Origin: Octopus vulgaris
Taxonomy: Eukaryota
DNA: 64,000 nt
Direction: 5' to 3'
Assembly: GCA_951406725.2 (NCBI GenBank)
Contig: OX597820.1
Location: 23,560,001 to 23,624,000, forward strand
This document shows, piece after piece, positions 13,120-25,065 of the stretch; position 1 is the first letter of the stretch, and each line of letters opens with the position of its first letter. Under the pieces are notes generated by a model. That model did not search any database, was not told the DNA's origin, and saw nothing but the letters and a program-made list of their open reading frames with translations. Both the position numbers and the translations under genes were made by a program.

Positions 13120-13160
<41 letters not shown>

Positions 13161-13317
13161 GGCTTCTTTCAGTTTCCATCTACCAAATCCTCTCACAAGG
13201 CTTCGGTCGGCCCGCAGCTATAGTAGAAGACACTTGCCCAAGGTGCCATGCAGTGGGACTGAACCTGGAACCATGTGGTTGGTAAGCAAGCTACTTACCA
13301 CACAGCCACTTCTGCGC

Positions 13318-13320
<3 letters not shown>
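12915..13320 (-). mobile_element. Family-A SINE nested in an older + strand SINE (about 12641-13560)
   Basis: The older copy's head (12641-12790) and tail (13365-13560) flank this copy. Confidence 0.75.
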
Positions 13321-13367
<47 letters not shown>

Positions 13368-13665
13368 TTGTGTCCCTCCACTGTTTGACAACTGGTGTTG
13401 GTTTGTTTACATTCTTTGTAACTTGGCAGTTTGGCGATAGAGACTGATAGAATAAACACTAGATTTCAAAAATAAGTACTGAAATTGATTAGTTTGACTA
13501 AACCCTTCAAGGTGGTGCTCCAGCATGGCCGCAGTCCAATGACTGAAACAAAATAAAATAGAAAAGACAAGACATAACTCTGGTATGTTCATGTCTCCTG
13601 TTAGCATTTAATTTAAAGCTCAAGACACAGATTTAGCCAAATATTTCATCTAATATTACCAAATG

Positions 13666-13975
13666 TGGAGGCGCAATGGCCCAGTGGTTAGGGCAGTGGA
13701 CTCGCAGTCAGAGGATCGCGGTTTCAATTCCCAGACTGGGCATTGTGTGTGTTTATTGAGCAAAAACATCTAAAGCTCCACGAGGCTCTGGGAAGGGGTG
13801 GTGGCGACCCCTGTTGTACTATTTCGCCCCAACTTTCTCTCACTCTTTCTTCCTGTTTCTTGAGGAACGCTGTGATGGACTTGCATCCCGTCCAGCTGGG
13901 GGAAACACATACGCCATAGAAACCGGGAAACTGGGGCCATGAACCTGGCTAGGCTTGAAAAGGATGCATAAATAA
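13666..13975 (+). mobile_element. Family-C tRNA-derived SINE
   Basis: A-box tggcccagtggttaggg, B-box ggtttcaattccc. Related heads at 45074, 55710, 8742, 44762 (+) and in 34499-34812, 38225-38548, 52640-52882 (-). Confidence 0.75.
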
Positions 13976-15513
13976 AATTTAAAATATTACCAAATACAAT
14001 AAGGCAGCAAGCTGATGGAATCATTAGTGTGCCAGGCAAAATGCTTAGTGGCATTTCATCTGTCTTTATGTTCTTCAGTTCAAATTCCAACAAGGTTGAC
14101 TTTATCCTTTCAGGGTTGATAAAGCAAGTACCAGTTGAATCCTGGAGCTGATGCAAATGACTTATCTCCTGCCCCAGAACCACTGGCTTTGTGCCATAAT
14201 TTGAAACCAATATTACCAAGTACAATGATGCTAAGACTTGTTTATTTTCATTTGAGTTTAGTCCTCCTTTCCAACACTGTTTAGAATTATTGTCAGTATT
14301 AATATTGCTGCTCATAAATGAGGTAAGTGCGTGGGAAACAACCCCAACCTGCTGTTACTAATCCATGAAAATCAATACTTCGAAAGGAAACCACACACTA
14401 AAAGTTTAAATTGATAATAGAGAGATTGATAAAATACATGAAAACTTTACATTGAAATAACAGAAGCAGGGCAGAGAAATAATTGCGTGGGATGATAAAG
14501 TCATAAAGAATTGTTACTAAGTCCAATGTAAAGTTTCTCACTGGAGTTCTTTTCTGTAGCTTTGGTGTCTTTACTAAACTTTCAAAACCCCAACTGGAAA
14601 TCAATATAAATATATATATACAAGTTTATACTATATTGTGAATCAATGTGTGTGTGTATCTGTGATAGAATGTGAGCTTTGTACTTATAAAAAGAGTGTA
14701 TATACGCAGGTGTCATTTTCTTTTTACTGATTTCACTGACTGGACTGTGGCCTTGTCAGCTGTTCTGAAATCAAAACACCATTCTTTTGTAGTATAGTAT
14801 ATAGCAGTGCTCCACAAGCGGTATGTTGTGGAATACTGGTGTGCCATGAGATGATGCTAAGTGTGCCTGAACATTATTTTTTCCCTTATACTTTTATATT
14901 ATGTTTTTAGTTGCAGAGGACTGGTATATAGTACAGTGTGGTGTGATATAATGTAGTAGTTTAGTGCATTTTCTAATATAAACCCAGCATGTTTTATGTC
15001 TCTTGTATCTGTTAATTTAAAGCTAAACACAATTTATTCAAATTTTTTTTTTCTTTGCTTACGTGTTGCTTCTCAAATGTCTTTGTTTACATTCAGTATA
15101 AATCTGTTCTTTGAAGAATCTTAACTGTTAGACAAATAAATTAAATATTTGTTACACAACATAGTTTTTAAAAAGCCACAGAAAACTTGCTAAAACATTA
15201 CAATTATTTCATCATCATCATCACCATAATATAAGGCAGCAAGCTGGCAGAATCATTCGTGTGCCACTTTTCCATGTTTAAATGAGTCGGGCAGAAATTG
15301 CTGAGGCAGATTTTCTAAAACTGGATGCCCTTCCTGTTGCTAACACTCATCTGTTTCCATGCAACGTAATATTTCCTCATGGTCAGATATGTTTTTCATG
15401 GAAAACTAGAACCAGCCAACACTGCTTGTATGACAGTGATGCTCGTTTACAACCATCACCTGATGTCAAAGACAAGGGTACACACAAACTCTCTCACACA
15501 CAACAGGCTTATT

Positions 15514-16080
15514 TATTGGGTTGTTTGGAAAGTTTGTGCTGATTTTTAAAGGAAAGAAATAGGTCAATAAATACTTGCCATTACATTTTTAATCAACCAA
15601 ATACGAACCATTTTGTTGCACAATGCGTCTCCATCTTTTCTTTAACTTGAAAATACCCTCTTCCTAGAATTGAGGTGGTTTCATGGCAAAGAATTCATCA
15701 AGGTATCTTTCTATGTCATTCAAAGAATTGAAATTTTTACCATTAAGACTATTCTGCAAAGACCTGAATAAGTGGAAATCCGAAGGAGCAATATCTGGTG
15801 AATATGGAGGGTGGGGTAACACATCCCAGCCGAGCCGCAGCAATTTTTGTTTGGTTTCCAAAGCATCAAGTGCCGAAAATGAACTTTCTTATCTTCCATT
15901 TTAAAGGGTTACAGAATTAACACAGGTTATAAGGAACATAAACCTTCTTCCAAAGATAGCTTAAACTGCGCTCTAAATAGAGGTGTAGTCAAATCCTATT
16001 TTATGGACTCAACCATGTTCTAAAATAAGTTGAAAAGTAAGCTACTATAAATCGGCATGAACTTTCCGGACAACCTTATA
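15514..16080 (-). mobile_element. Internally deleted mariner element retaining transposase C-terminus
   Basis: ORF 15664-15861 GWDVLPHPPYSPDIAPSDFHLFRSL (mariner YSPDLAPxD motif), continuing past a stop as EEGIFKLKKRWRRIVQQNGSY; ~30-bp imperfect TIRs, TA flanks; interrupts a SINE. Confidence 0.9.
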
Positions 16081-16429
16081 GTTTCTGTCTACCAAATCTA
16101 CTAACAAAGCTTTTGTCATCGCAAGACTATAGTAGTAGACACTTCTCCACAATGCTGTGCAATGGAACTGAACCCAAAATCTTCACACAGCCAAGCTCAA
16201 GCTTGTAATAAAAAGAGAAAAAGTATGTGAAATCCATTCAATACTTCCTCTAAAACATTGAATCTGAATCTTCTGGGCACATGCAATTATATTTCTTTTG
16301 ATGAAAATATGACAAATATTTCACATTACATTGGATGATAGTATAGACGTACTTATGTAATTGCTATGATGCATCTCAACAGTGGTTATAAAACCAACAA
16401 AACACTGCCACAGAAATTTCCAAAATATA

Positions 16430-17335
16430 GTTGGAGACAATAACTAATTTTCTTCAACCTAAATTGCCTTTTTGTCTTGAAGAGGTTATTTTTAAGGTTG
16501 TTCTGTTCTACCAGTATCATTGTTGGTTATATTTCAATTTTCCATGGTTGTATCTTCTGATGCTGAAGTTGAACTTTTGTTCATAGGGCCTACACTGAAG
16601 TTGTGCAGCTAATCCATGTCAAAGAAGTCACCGTCAGGCTCTTACTTTCCTTCTGATATGTTTGTCTTTAATCTGCAGCAACAGTTGCCTCTTCGTATGC
16701 TTCCATACAGTTCTTTAAGGTCTAAAATATTTTCCAGTCATTAAAGAGAATATTGAACAATCACATGGTTGTCTTGAGTTTCAGAAGAATAATTTCTTAG
16801 GTACATACTTTTGGCAGTGATTGTCTACAAGCTCAGAGTATAGGATCTGTTTGAGTCAATTCATGTCTGAAATCCTTTTCTCATGTCCCAACTATTAGAA
16901 TTGATATTTTACAATGATTTGGATTCTTATGGTTTTTGTTCTGATCAGTATTTGTTTCTTTGCAATGGTCATCCTTTGACATTCAAAATCAATATTGGTT
17001 TTGTTTGATGAAAGTGTCGAAGCCAATGCATTTGATTGGATGTCGATACACTACTCAGGTTTCACAACCATAGAATGGTGAGGAGAGTACAATAGCTTCG
17101 TACATCATGACTTTTGATTCACAAGATGTAATTGTGAAAGACATGGCAAAATTGGTGCCAAAAGCTCTGTAGGCTGCTGGTAATCAATTGATAACATCAA
17201 AGAAGCAAGAGTAGGACAGAATAGGTGAAGGATGAAATCTTTTCAACTAGTTCACCACCAATTTTAATTTGAAAAAGTGGTCTTTCTTCAAGATTTTGAA
17301 CAAGTCTGTTTTGCTCAACTGACCACGAGGTCAAA
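16430..17335 (-). pseudogene. Degraded RTE-clade LINE RT/3' fragment
   Basis: Broken frames IKIGGELVEKISSFTY...KVMMYEAIVLSSPFYGCET*VVYRH (RTE YGCETW region, with the Trp codon mutated to a stop). Confidence 0.65.
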
Positions 17336-17458
17336 CAACTGTGAACAGGTTCAGTCCTACTGTGTGGCACCTTGGGCAAGTGTCTTCTACTATAGCCTCG
17401 GGCCAACCAAAGCCTTGTGAGTGGATTTGGTAGATGGAAACTGAAAGAAGCCTGTCGT

Positions 17459-17494
<36 letters not shown>

Positions 17495-17645
17495 ATATGT
17501 TTGTGTCCATGCTTAAAAATTATTGAAATTAAAAACTATTAAAATATGTTTATGTACCAGACACCAAGTTTAATAGTGACAAAGTTATTTTGTTATTTTC
17601 AAAATTAGTTGAAACAAAGGTAGTGCATTTCAACCGATACAGGCA

Positions 17646-17718
17646 CCTGAAATAACTCAGTTGGGAGAGCGTTCAACTGAAGATCTAAAGGTCCCCGGTT
17701 CATTCCTGGGTTTTGGCA
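17646..17718 (+). tRNA. tRNA-Phe(GAA) pseudogene
   Basis: 73 nt collinear with recalled metazoan tRNA-Phe: cctgaaataactcagttgggagagcgttcaactGAAgatctaaaggtccccggttcattcctgggttttggca; stem and B-box mutations, several at CpG. Confidence 0.9.
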
Positions 17719-17744
17719 TCCGGGGGCTGCCACAAAACATCTTT

Positions 17745-17856
17745 GCTTATGGCCATATCACATTGACAGCACCGGTTCTTGTCTGATCACTGAAATTAAG
17801 CAATGTCGAGTTAGTATTTAGATGGGTGACTGCTTGGAAACCTAGGTGCTGTAAGC
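17745..17856 (+). rRNA. 5S rRNA pseudogene, near full length
   Basis: gcttatggccatatcac...gatcactgaaattaagcaa...ttagtatttagatgggtgactgcttgg...ggtgctgtaagc; complementary ends; small deletion; no oligo-T terminator directly after. Confidence 0.9.
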
Positions 17857-18867
17857 GTCACACATTTAGGGTGGTGAGCTGGCATAAACGTTAGCGCACA
17901 GGGTGAAATGCTTCCAACCAAAACCACTCACAAGTATTTGGACAGCCTGGGGATACAATAGAAGATACTTGCCCAAGGTGCCATGCAGTGGAACTGAACC
18001 TGAAACCAAATGGTAGAAAATTGAACTTCTTAACCATATTGCCATGTCAGCACACACACACAACATGCATGCACATTTACTCAATAAGTCTCTGCAGTTT
18101 CCATCTTTCAAATTTCACTCAAAGCATTGTTCAACCTGAAGATATAGCAGGACACTCAACCAAAGTGTCACATTGTGAAGTTAGACCCAGAATCATATGG
18201 TTGCACAGTGAACATCTTAGCATTTCTTTTTTTCTAAAAATTTAAAAACATTTCTATCAGTCCATTTATCATATAACAGTTACCATTAGTCCAATGCTCA
18301 TCTTTTAGGTTAGTATGGCAAAAAAGATCTTCAAATAGAACATCATCTGCTTCTCAATTCAGCATGATTTCTTTTTGGAACAGATGTAAGAAAACTGTGT
18401 TCAACTACTGTTCTTCAAAGGTATTCTTTCACCATTGGTACTTTCCAATACAAACTTAAAATATTTTTTTGACCCACTTTAAATTCATCATCATCAAACA
18501 TCCATGTTCCATGCTGCCATAGGTTGGACAGTTTTACAGAATCCAATGATCCCAAGTACTGCATCATGTTCCAATATCTGCTTTAGCATGGTTTTGACAA
18601 CCAGATGCTCTTCCTAATGTCAACCACTGTAGCATATAGTGGGTGCACTTTTCATGCCACCAACACTAGTGAGATTGTCATGCAATTTGCAAGACTATGA
18701 AACCCAAAGAGTTGGGTGGAGACTTTGTTAGAAGAATGAGTAAGAATAAAAAAATTTTTAAACTTTGACTAAATTACTGTCCTCCAATACAAACTGAAAA
18801 TATTCTTTCTTCAATCAATTTACATTTCTTAAATATATTATCCATTTATGCCCAAATCATGTAGTTG

Positions 18868-19066
18868 TATTGGGTTGGTGCATAATTATTGCAGCTTTTT
18901 TTCGGAGTGGCTGTGTGGTAAGTAACTTGCTTACCACCCATATGGTACCGGGTTCAGTCCCACTGCGTGGCACCTTGGGTAAGTGTCTTCTACTATAGTC
19001 TCAGGCTGACCAAAGCCTTGTGAGTGGATGTGGTAGATGGAAACTGAAAGAAGCACATCGTATATA

Positions 19067-19097
<31 letters not shown>

Positions 19098-19498
19098 TTG
19101 TATGTCTGTGTATGTTCCCCCAACATCGCTTGACAACTGATATTGGTGTGTTTACGTCCCCGTAACTTAGTGGTTCAGCAAAAGATACCGATAGAATAAG
19201 CACTAGGCTTACAAAGAATAAGTCCTGGGGTCAATTTGCTTGACTAAAGGCCATGCTGCAGCATGGCCACAGTCAAATGACTGAAACAAGTAAAAGAGTA
19301 AAAATAACAATATTTAACAAAAACATCTTTAAATGATGGTCAGACTGTCTGCCAAGCAAATGGCAAACAGTAATTGAAGTAGATGGTGAATATGCTCTGG
19401 AATAATCCTTTAAAGATGTTCTTGTTACATGTTATTGTTTTGTAGAATTTAATTTGTTGAAAAAAAAAAAGCCACAATAATTATGAATCAACCCAATA
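18868..19498 (+). mobile_element. Mariner-derived MITE interrupted by a full-length family-A SINE (18904-19300)
   Basis: TIRs tattgggttggtgcataattattg / caataattatgaatcaacccaata; residual transposase end LPSKWQTVIEVDGEY at ~19348-19395. Confidence 0.8.
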
Positions 19499-19499
19499 T

Positions 19500-21139
19500 T
19501 AAATGCTTCATGTTAACATTGAATAGAGCTTAAAGGTAATTCATATTTTAATATTGTGCTGAGACCACATTCATAAACAACATGTAAGAAAATATATTTC
19601 TAAATGAGGAAATACAAAATTACACAAATTATTTGCATTATTTTTTTTTACAATATCAACAGTTGCCGTTCACCAAATGTATGATACTGCTGAGTTTATT
19701 GAAAATAATTCTTAAAAAAGAAAAAATAATAATATTAATAATAATACCAACTAATTTACATTATTCTCAATAAGATTTAACAATAAAAGATCAATTGAAA
19801 ATATAAAATCAATACCTTAACAGTTTGGAGGGAGAAGTGTATAAATAAAATATATATATATAATATATAGGACTTTATTAAAAATCCTCCATGAAAAATA
19901 GTTGAGGTGTAGCTGTGAATTCAGTTGCTAAAATAATACTCTGAGAAAATTCTCTGTTAAAAAAATGTATATCTTACTTTATAACAATTTATTTTTAAAA
20001 AAAACATTAGCATTTGTGATCCAGATATGAGCTGAAAGTAAGCTATCACCTAGAAAATCTCTTTCAGAAGACACCTGTATGATAAAGATGAATTTGGGAG
20101 GTAGTACAAATATTTATAAAATTACCTCGTTAACATTTTTCGTTTTTGTTTTAATCTCCAATTTCAAAAGGTTTGAAGTAATGCAAAAAAAAAAAAAAGT
20201 TTAAAAAAAAATTAAAATAAAGAAAAAAATTTATTTATAAAATACTTTATTGAACTCCCAGAATTCTCATATGATATGCAGTTATTTTTTTCTTTTTATC
20301 AGTAAGGGAGTTAAAAAAAAAATAGAAAGAAAAACATAAAATCTATTGGAGAAATTATGTAAGGGCAGATCCACAATTTCTCCTGTATTTCTTGAGGACA
20401 AGAGAAGAGAAATCAAACTTTGATTATAATTGAACATAAACGGAAAAATTACTTCCTGGAAATATGTCATGATGAAGCTGTATCTATTGAAACTGACCAG
20501 CAGACTATCTCCACTTTATATTGTCAAGTATGAAGAGATGCTGCAATGAGATAGGATGTGGAGATTAAAAAAAAATTTTTTTTTTTCAATTTTTAATGGT
20601 GGGCAAATAAAATATATATATGTATCCCAACATTTTTGTTATGAACAAACTTAGTAAAGCTGTACAAATGTGGAAACTTCACCTTGAGCACATCCAGATC
20701 TTCTTGCTATAATACTGACTGCTAGGATTTCTTTCTCACTATTCCAACATTAATTTGCCTCAGATCATCTGAAAAGCAATAGACTAGGATGGATTGTTTT
20801 GAGAATCGCTTCATAGCTATGCTCTCTACTTCTTAGCATTAGGTATATAAAACATTTTTTTTCTTTTTTGGTCTTTTTAAAACCCCTTAATGGAAATTAT
20901 CAAGTGTGTCATGCTGTTGGCCACGTTTGATTAAGATAAAAAAGGCAAGATCAAGTGGGGAGTCAGGGGGAAGAAAAAAATTACAAGGCAAAAAAAAAAA
21001 AGAGTATTGTGTTCATTGTTAATCCAATCATGTTTATGTGATTGTTATTGCTGGTGGTGGTGATGGTTGCTGTTGTCAGTGTTGTTGTTGTGGTGGTGGT
21101 AGTGATGATAGATGAATCGATTGTAGATTTCGCTGTCCT
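19500..21139 (-). other. Probable 3'UTR of TMEM263-like gene
   Basis: Apparently repeat-free, U-rich on the - strand, with several minus-strand AATAAA (tttatt at ~20246, 19874, 19695); true end unknown. Confidence 0.5.
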
Positions 21140-21345
21140 TTATTCACTCTTGTCTTTGGTTTTCCATCTTGATACACCTGGTATTGGCACTTTGGTTACA
21201 ACGGCATGGCCGACATCATATCCTTTCCCTGCCACCCACTTAACGCTTCCAACCCCAAGGCTCACAGCTCCTGTCGCTGCACCAGTTGCTGTACTATACA
21301 AACCACTTGAAACCCGCCAGATCATACTGGGTTGTTTGCTTGGAT
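21140..21345 (-). CDS. TMEM263: Last coding exon of TMEM263 (C12orf23/UPF0444) homologue
   Basis: Acceptor ttttgtttcaatctcag|. DPSKQPSMIWRVSSGLYSTATGAATGAVSLGVGSVKWVAGKGYDVGHAVVTKVPIPGVSRWKTKDKSE* resembles recalled human QPGMLSRVTGGIFS...VGSAVVNKVP...KKDKSD. Confidence 0.88.
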
Positions 21346-21451
21346 CTGAGATTGAAACAAAAAAAAAAATCAATAAAAATGTTCATACATTTACCAAATA
21401 TTTAGAATAACATATTAAGATAAATACATAAGAAAATCAACTGACATTGTA

Positions 21452-21652
21452 TTAAAGCCTTTAGCATTCAGATTTTCCTGTCAAATGTAAAACTTATTTA
21501 TTCACATTGTTTTGAATTAATCATACATTTATCTTGTAGCTTCAAGATTTTGATGATGTGGAAGTTTATGTTTAGAATGACAGTGTAGAGTGGGTGTGAA
21601 ACTGGTAGAATATTTTGACTTGATGTGACAGGATTAAATGCTAAAGGGTTAA
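21452..21652. mobile_element. TTAA-flanked (piggyBac-type) MITE
   Basis: ttaaagcctttagcatt...aatgctaaagggttaa; related copies ~25675-25897, 40808-41015, 57098-57325. Confidence 0.65.
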
Positions 21653-24425
21653 GCAAGGGTATCTTGGTTAGGTGGAGACAATTGAAATACTTAAATCACA
21701 ATGCTGTCAACACACACACACACATTGAAGTTAGAGGAAGACCCATAGGCAAAGTCAGTTCTATGGTTTAGATCAGTGGTTCTTAACCTTTTCTTGTAGT
21801 GACCCTGTCTTCCTTTTAAGTAGTTGTTATGCCTAGCACCAACGTAAGTGGTGAATGAGGTATACTCTTTTACTTGTTTCAGTCATTTGACTGCGGCCAT
21901 GCTGGAGCACCGCCTTTAGTCAAGCAAATCAACACCAGGACTTATTCTTTGTAAGCCTAGTACTTATTCTATCGGTCTCTTTTGCCGAACCGCTAAGTTA
22001 CAGGGATGTAAGCACACCAGCATCGGTTGTCAAGCCATGTTGGGGGGGGGGGGGACCAAACACAGAAAACACAAACACACACACACATATATATATGACA
22101 GGCTTCTTTCAGTTTTCATCTACCAAATCCACTCACAAGGCTTTGGTCGGCCCGAGGCTATAGTAGAAGACACTTGCCCAAGGTGCATGTATTACATTTG
22201 TCCACTTATATTTCTCAACCAATGAATCCCATGATGGCAATTTTCCTCACCCTAAACTGCATCCAAGTAGAATTTTCTTTCAACTTGTGTTTTCTTCTTT
22301 AACCAATCATCTTCAAACACTTTAAATTAAGCTTACTGGCCTCCCCTCCCAGTCCACACCACCAGTTTATGAAGGCACGAGAAACCTATAGCCCTTTCAT
22401 CTCAAATATATAAATAAGACCCAAAGACCAAGTTTTTCAGTGATTAGATCTACCCACTAATCAGAGGAAATTTAAACCAAAAAGACGTTAAGAAAGTACA
22501 GACTAAAACAACAAAAGATGAAAATTCTGATATAAGAAAGGAAAAAGAAAGTTTTCAATTTAAAATGACAAAACAGAATTCTCTGGTAGTTCAATGATTG
22601 AGCTAGACAACTATTAAGTTAACATCCTGCTAGTAGCTGTATCTTCAATTCTGGCTACTAGTGTCACTGTGATTTCATGGTTCAGTAATCACAATTAAAT
22701 TATAGCATCCAACTGCAAAACACCACATACAGCAACAACAACAAAAAGAAAGAAAAATGTAACTAACTTTGTAAAAGTTACATAACTGTTAAAGAAAAAG
22801 AAAAAAAAACATGTACATCCCTGCAAGCTGGTAATTGAATTAAGTCTTAAAATTGAATGAGCAAGAAGATGCAACCGATAGAAAATTTGAGACAGCACAT
22901 TCATACGTATAATGTAAAGATGAGAAATTCAATTTAAGGGTAATTTTATTTATTTTTTCCTTAATTTAGCTTCTTTTTTTTTTTTCCTTCTCCAGTTTGA
23001 AATTTCAGTCTGAATGAAACAAAATTTAAAATTCTAATTTGAACTTAAATTAGAATTCCTGTTATATAACTTAATTTTATAGAACTGAAATTCAGGGCAG
23101 TGGATCAGCAGAATTGTAGGAATATCAAATATTTCTGTGTCGTATTTATTTTGGCTCTTTACATTCTGAGTTCAAACCCACTCAGGTTGACTTTGCCTTT
23201 CATCCAGAAGGAACTGATAAAATAAGGCACTAGTTGTGTACTGGGTACCAATACTCCATACTAATCCTCTCCCTCAAATTTTAAGCCTTGTGCCAATTGT
23301 TGGAAGCAGTTATATCTTTTATCTTTTACTACTTTCAGTCATTAGACGTGGCCATGCTGGGGCACTGCCTTGAAGAATTTTTTGTCAAATGAATTGAACC
23401 CAGGACTTATTTTTTAAAGCCTGGTACTTATTCTATCAGTCTTTTTTGCCGAACTGCTAGGCTACAGGGATATAAACATGTCAACGTTGGTTGTCAAGTG
23501 GCAGTGGAAGACAAACACAAAGGCACACACACTCATAGATATACAAATGACAGGCTTCTTTCAGTTTCCATCTATCAAATCAACCCTCAGGACGACCAAA
23601 GCCTTGTGAGTGGATTTGGTAGACGGAAACTGAAAGAAGCCCGTCGTATATATGTATATATGTTTGTGTGTCTGTGTTTGTCTCCTCAACATCGCTTGAC
23701 AACCGATGCTGGTGTGTTTGCAACCCCATAACTTAGCAGTTTGGCAAAAGAGACCGATAGAATAAGTACTAGGCTTCCAAAGAATAAGTCCTGGAGGCGA
23801 TTTGCTCGACTAAAGGCAGTGCTCCAGTATGGCCACAGTCAAATGACTGAAACAAGTAAAAAAGAGTAAAAAGAGAGAGAGTTCAAAAATATGTAAATGA
23901 CTGAACAGAACTTGGTAAGGTGTGGGGAGGGTGGCATCCCATTTCAAAATTCATGAAAATTATAGAGAAATATCTAAAAAGAAAACTCGTTGCAGTTAAT
24001 ATTTGCGATTCTGGGGATGGCTGCATTGTTTTTTTATGGGAAAGGAAAGAACTAAACTTGACTATGTGTTGAAAATAACCACGAACATTCCATTATAGGA
24101 TTAACTATGAAATTGGCAAATCATATATGAAGTAATTAACATGAAAAGAAAGCAATTATGTGTTGATAGTGTTAATGGGAATTATGTGACATTTATTATT
24201 ATTCACCAACCTTCCACCCACAAAGAAAACTGCCTAATGTATTTTATATAAATGTAGCAGTGTGATTAAGAAGTTTGTTTCCCAACAATATGGATTGTGG
24301 GTCCAGTTCAACTGTGTGGTACCTTGGATGAGTATCTTCAACTACAGCACCAGGGTCAACTAAAACCTTGAGAGTGGATTTGGTGGAAACTGAAAAGAAA
24401 CCAGTTGGATATAATATGAGTGAAT

Positions 24426-24520
24426 CAGAGGTGGACTGAGCTATTGGTCAATTGGGCACTGCCTGAGGGCCCGGTAAATAATTATGCCCAAGGGCCCTTA
24501 ATACTCTCAGTCCACTCCTG
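24426..24520. mobile_element. 95-bp hAT-type MITE with perfect 8-bp TSD
   Basis: TIRs cagaggtggactgag / ctcagtccactcctg; TSD gagtgaat at 24418-24425 and 24521-24528. Confidence 0.8.
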
Positions 24521-24620
24521 GAGTGAATCAAAAAGTAATGCAATTATAAATTGCATTACTTTCTGACTCACCCTCATATACATAAGTATGCGTGTGTGTC
24601 TGTCTGTCTTGATATATGAA

Positions 24621-25065
24621 CTAGCAGTATAGCCTGGCGTTGCTTGGGTTTGTTATTTAGTTGCACTTAAAATGGCAGACTTTGATGTCACGTTAACAAG
24701 GTTTTGACATAGTTTCAATCTTTTTTGAAAAGTAAAAATTTTGCATTATGTAGCTTGTTATTCTCTTTAAGTGAACATTATTTCTGGTTGAAATACACTG
24801 AAAAATGGCGACAAAACAGTAAAAAATCGTAAAAAATAGGGATTTTCATAGAAAAAAAGTACCATTTTGATGTAAATAATTTTTGGTCTTAACATGGTCC
24901 AATTTTAGTTTTTTCTTCTATGGAATGAAGAGCAAACCTTCTTCTATCATACTCTTAATTTTGGTCAACTTGCACTACAGGGTCACGGAGGAGATAGTGT
25001 CAGTTGAAGGCTACCAAACCTGCCACACACACACCCACACACAACTTCAGCTTTATATGTATAGA
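24621..25065 (-). mobile_element. Non-autonomous Helitron
   Basis: Minus strand starts a|TC(tatacatataaag) plus GT microsatellite and ends in a GC-rich subterminal segment (cccaagcaacgccagg) then CTAG|t; inserted between A and T, no TSD. Confidence 0.7.

Noticed and set aside
13666-13745. tRNA-like sequences at SINE heads (also 45074, 55710)
   Set aside because: They run directly into SINE bodies and lack a proper acceptor stem; not tRNA genes.
13770-14315. 181-aa ORF, the longest in the window
   Set aside because: Runs antisense through two SINEs; the other recurrent 60-110 aa ORFs (e.g. IYQIHSQGFG, LDALPNANH) are likewise SINE-derived.
20990-21139. Thr-rich in-frame extension after the TMEM263 stop (readthrough)
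   Set aside because: UAA-A is not a leaky context, the extension is an ACC/ACA microsatellite, and it would mask the KDKSE end.
21042-21410. 122-aa + strand ORF with a hydrophobic N-terminus
   Set aside because: Antisense shadow of the TMEM263 exon plus a triplet microsatellite.
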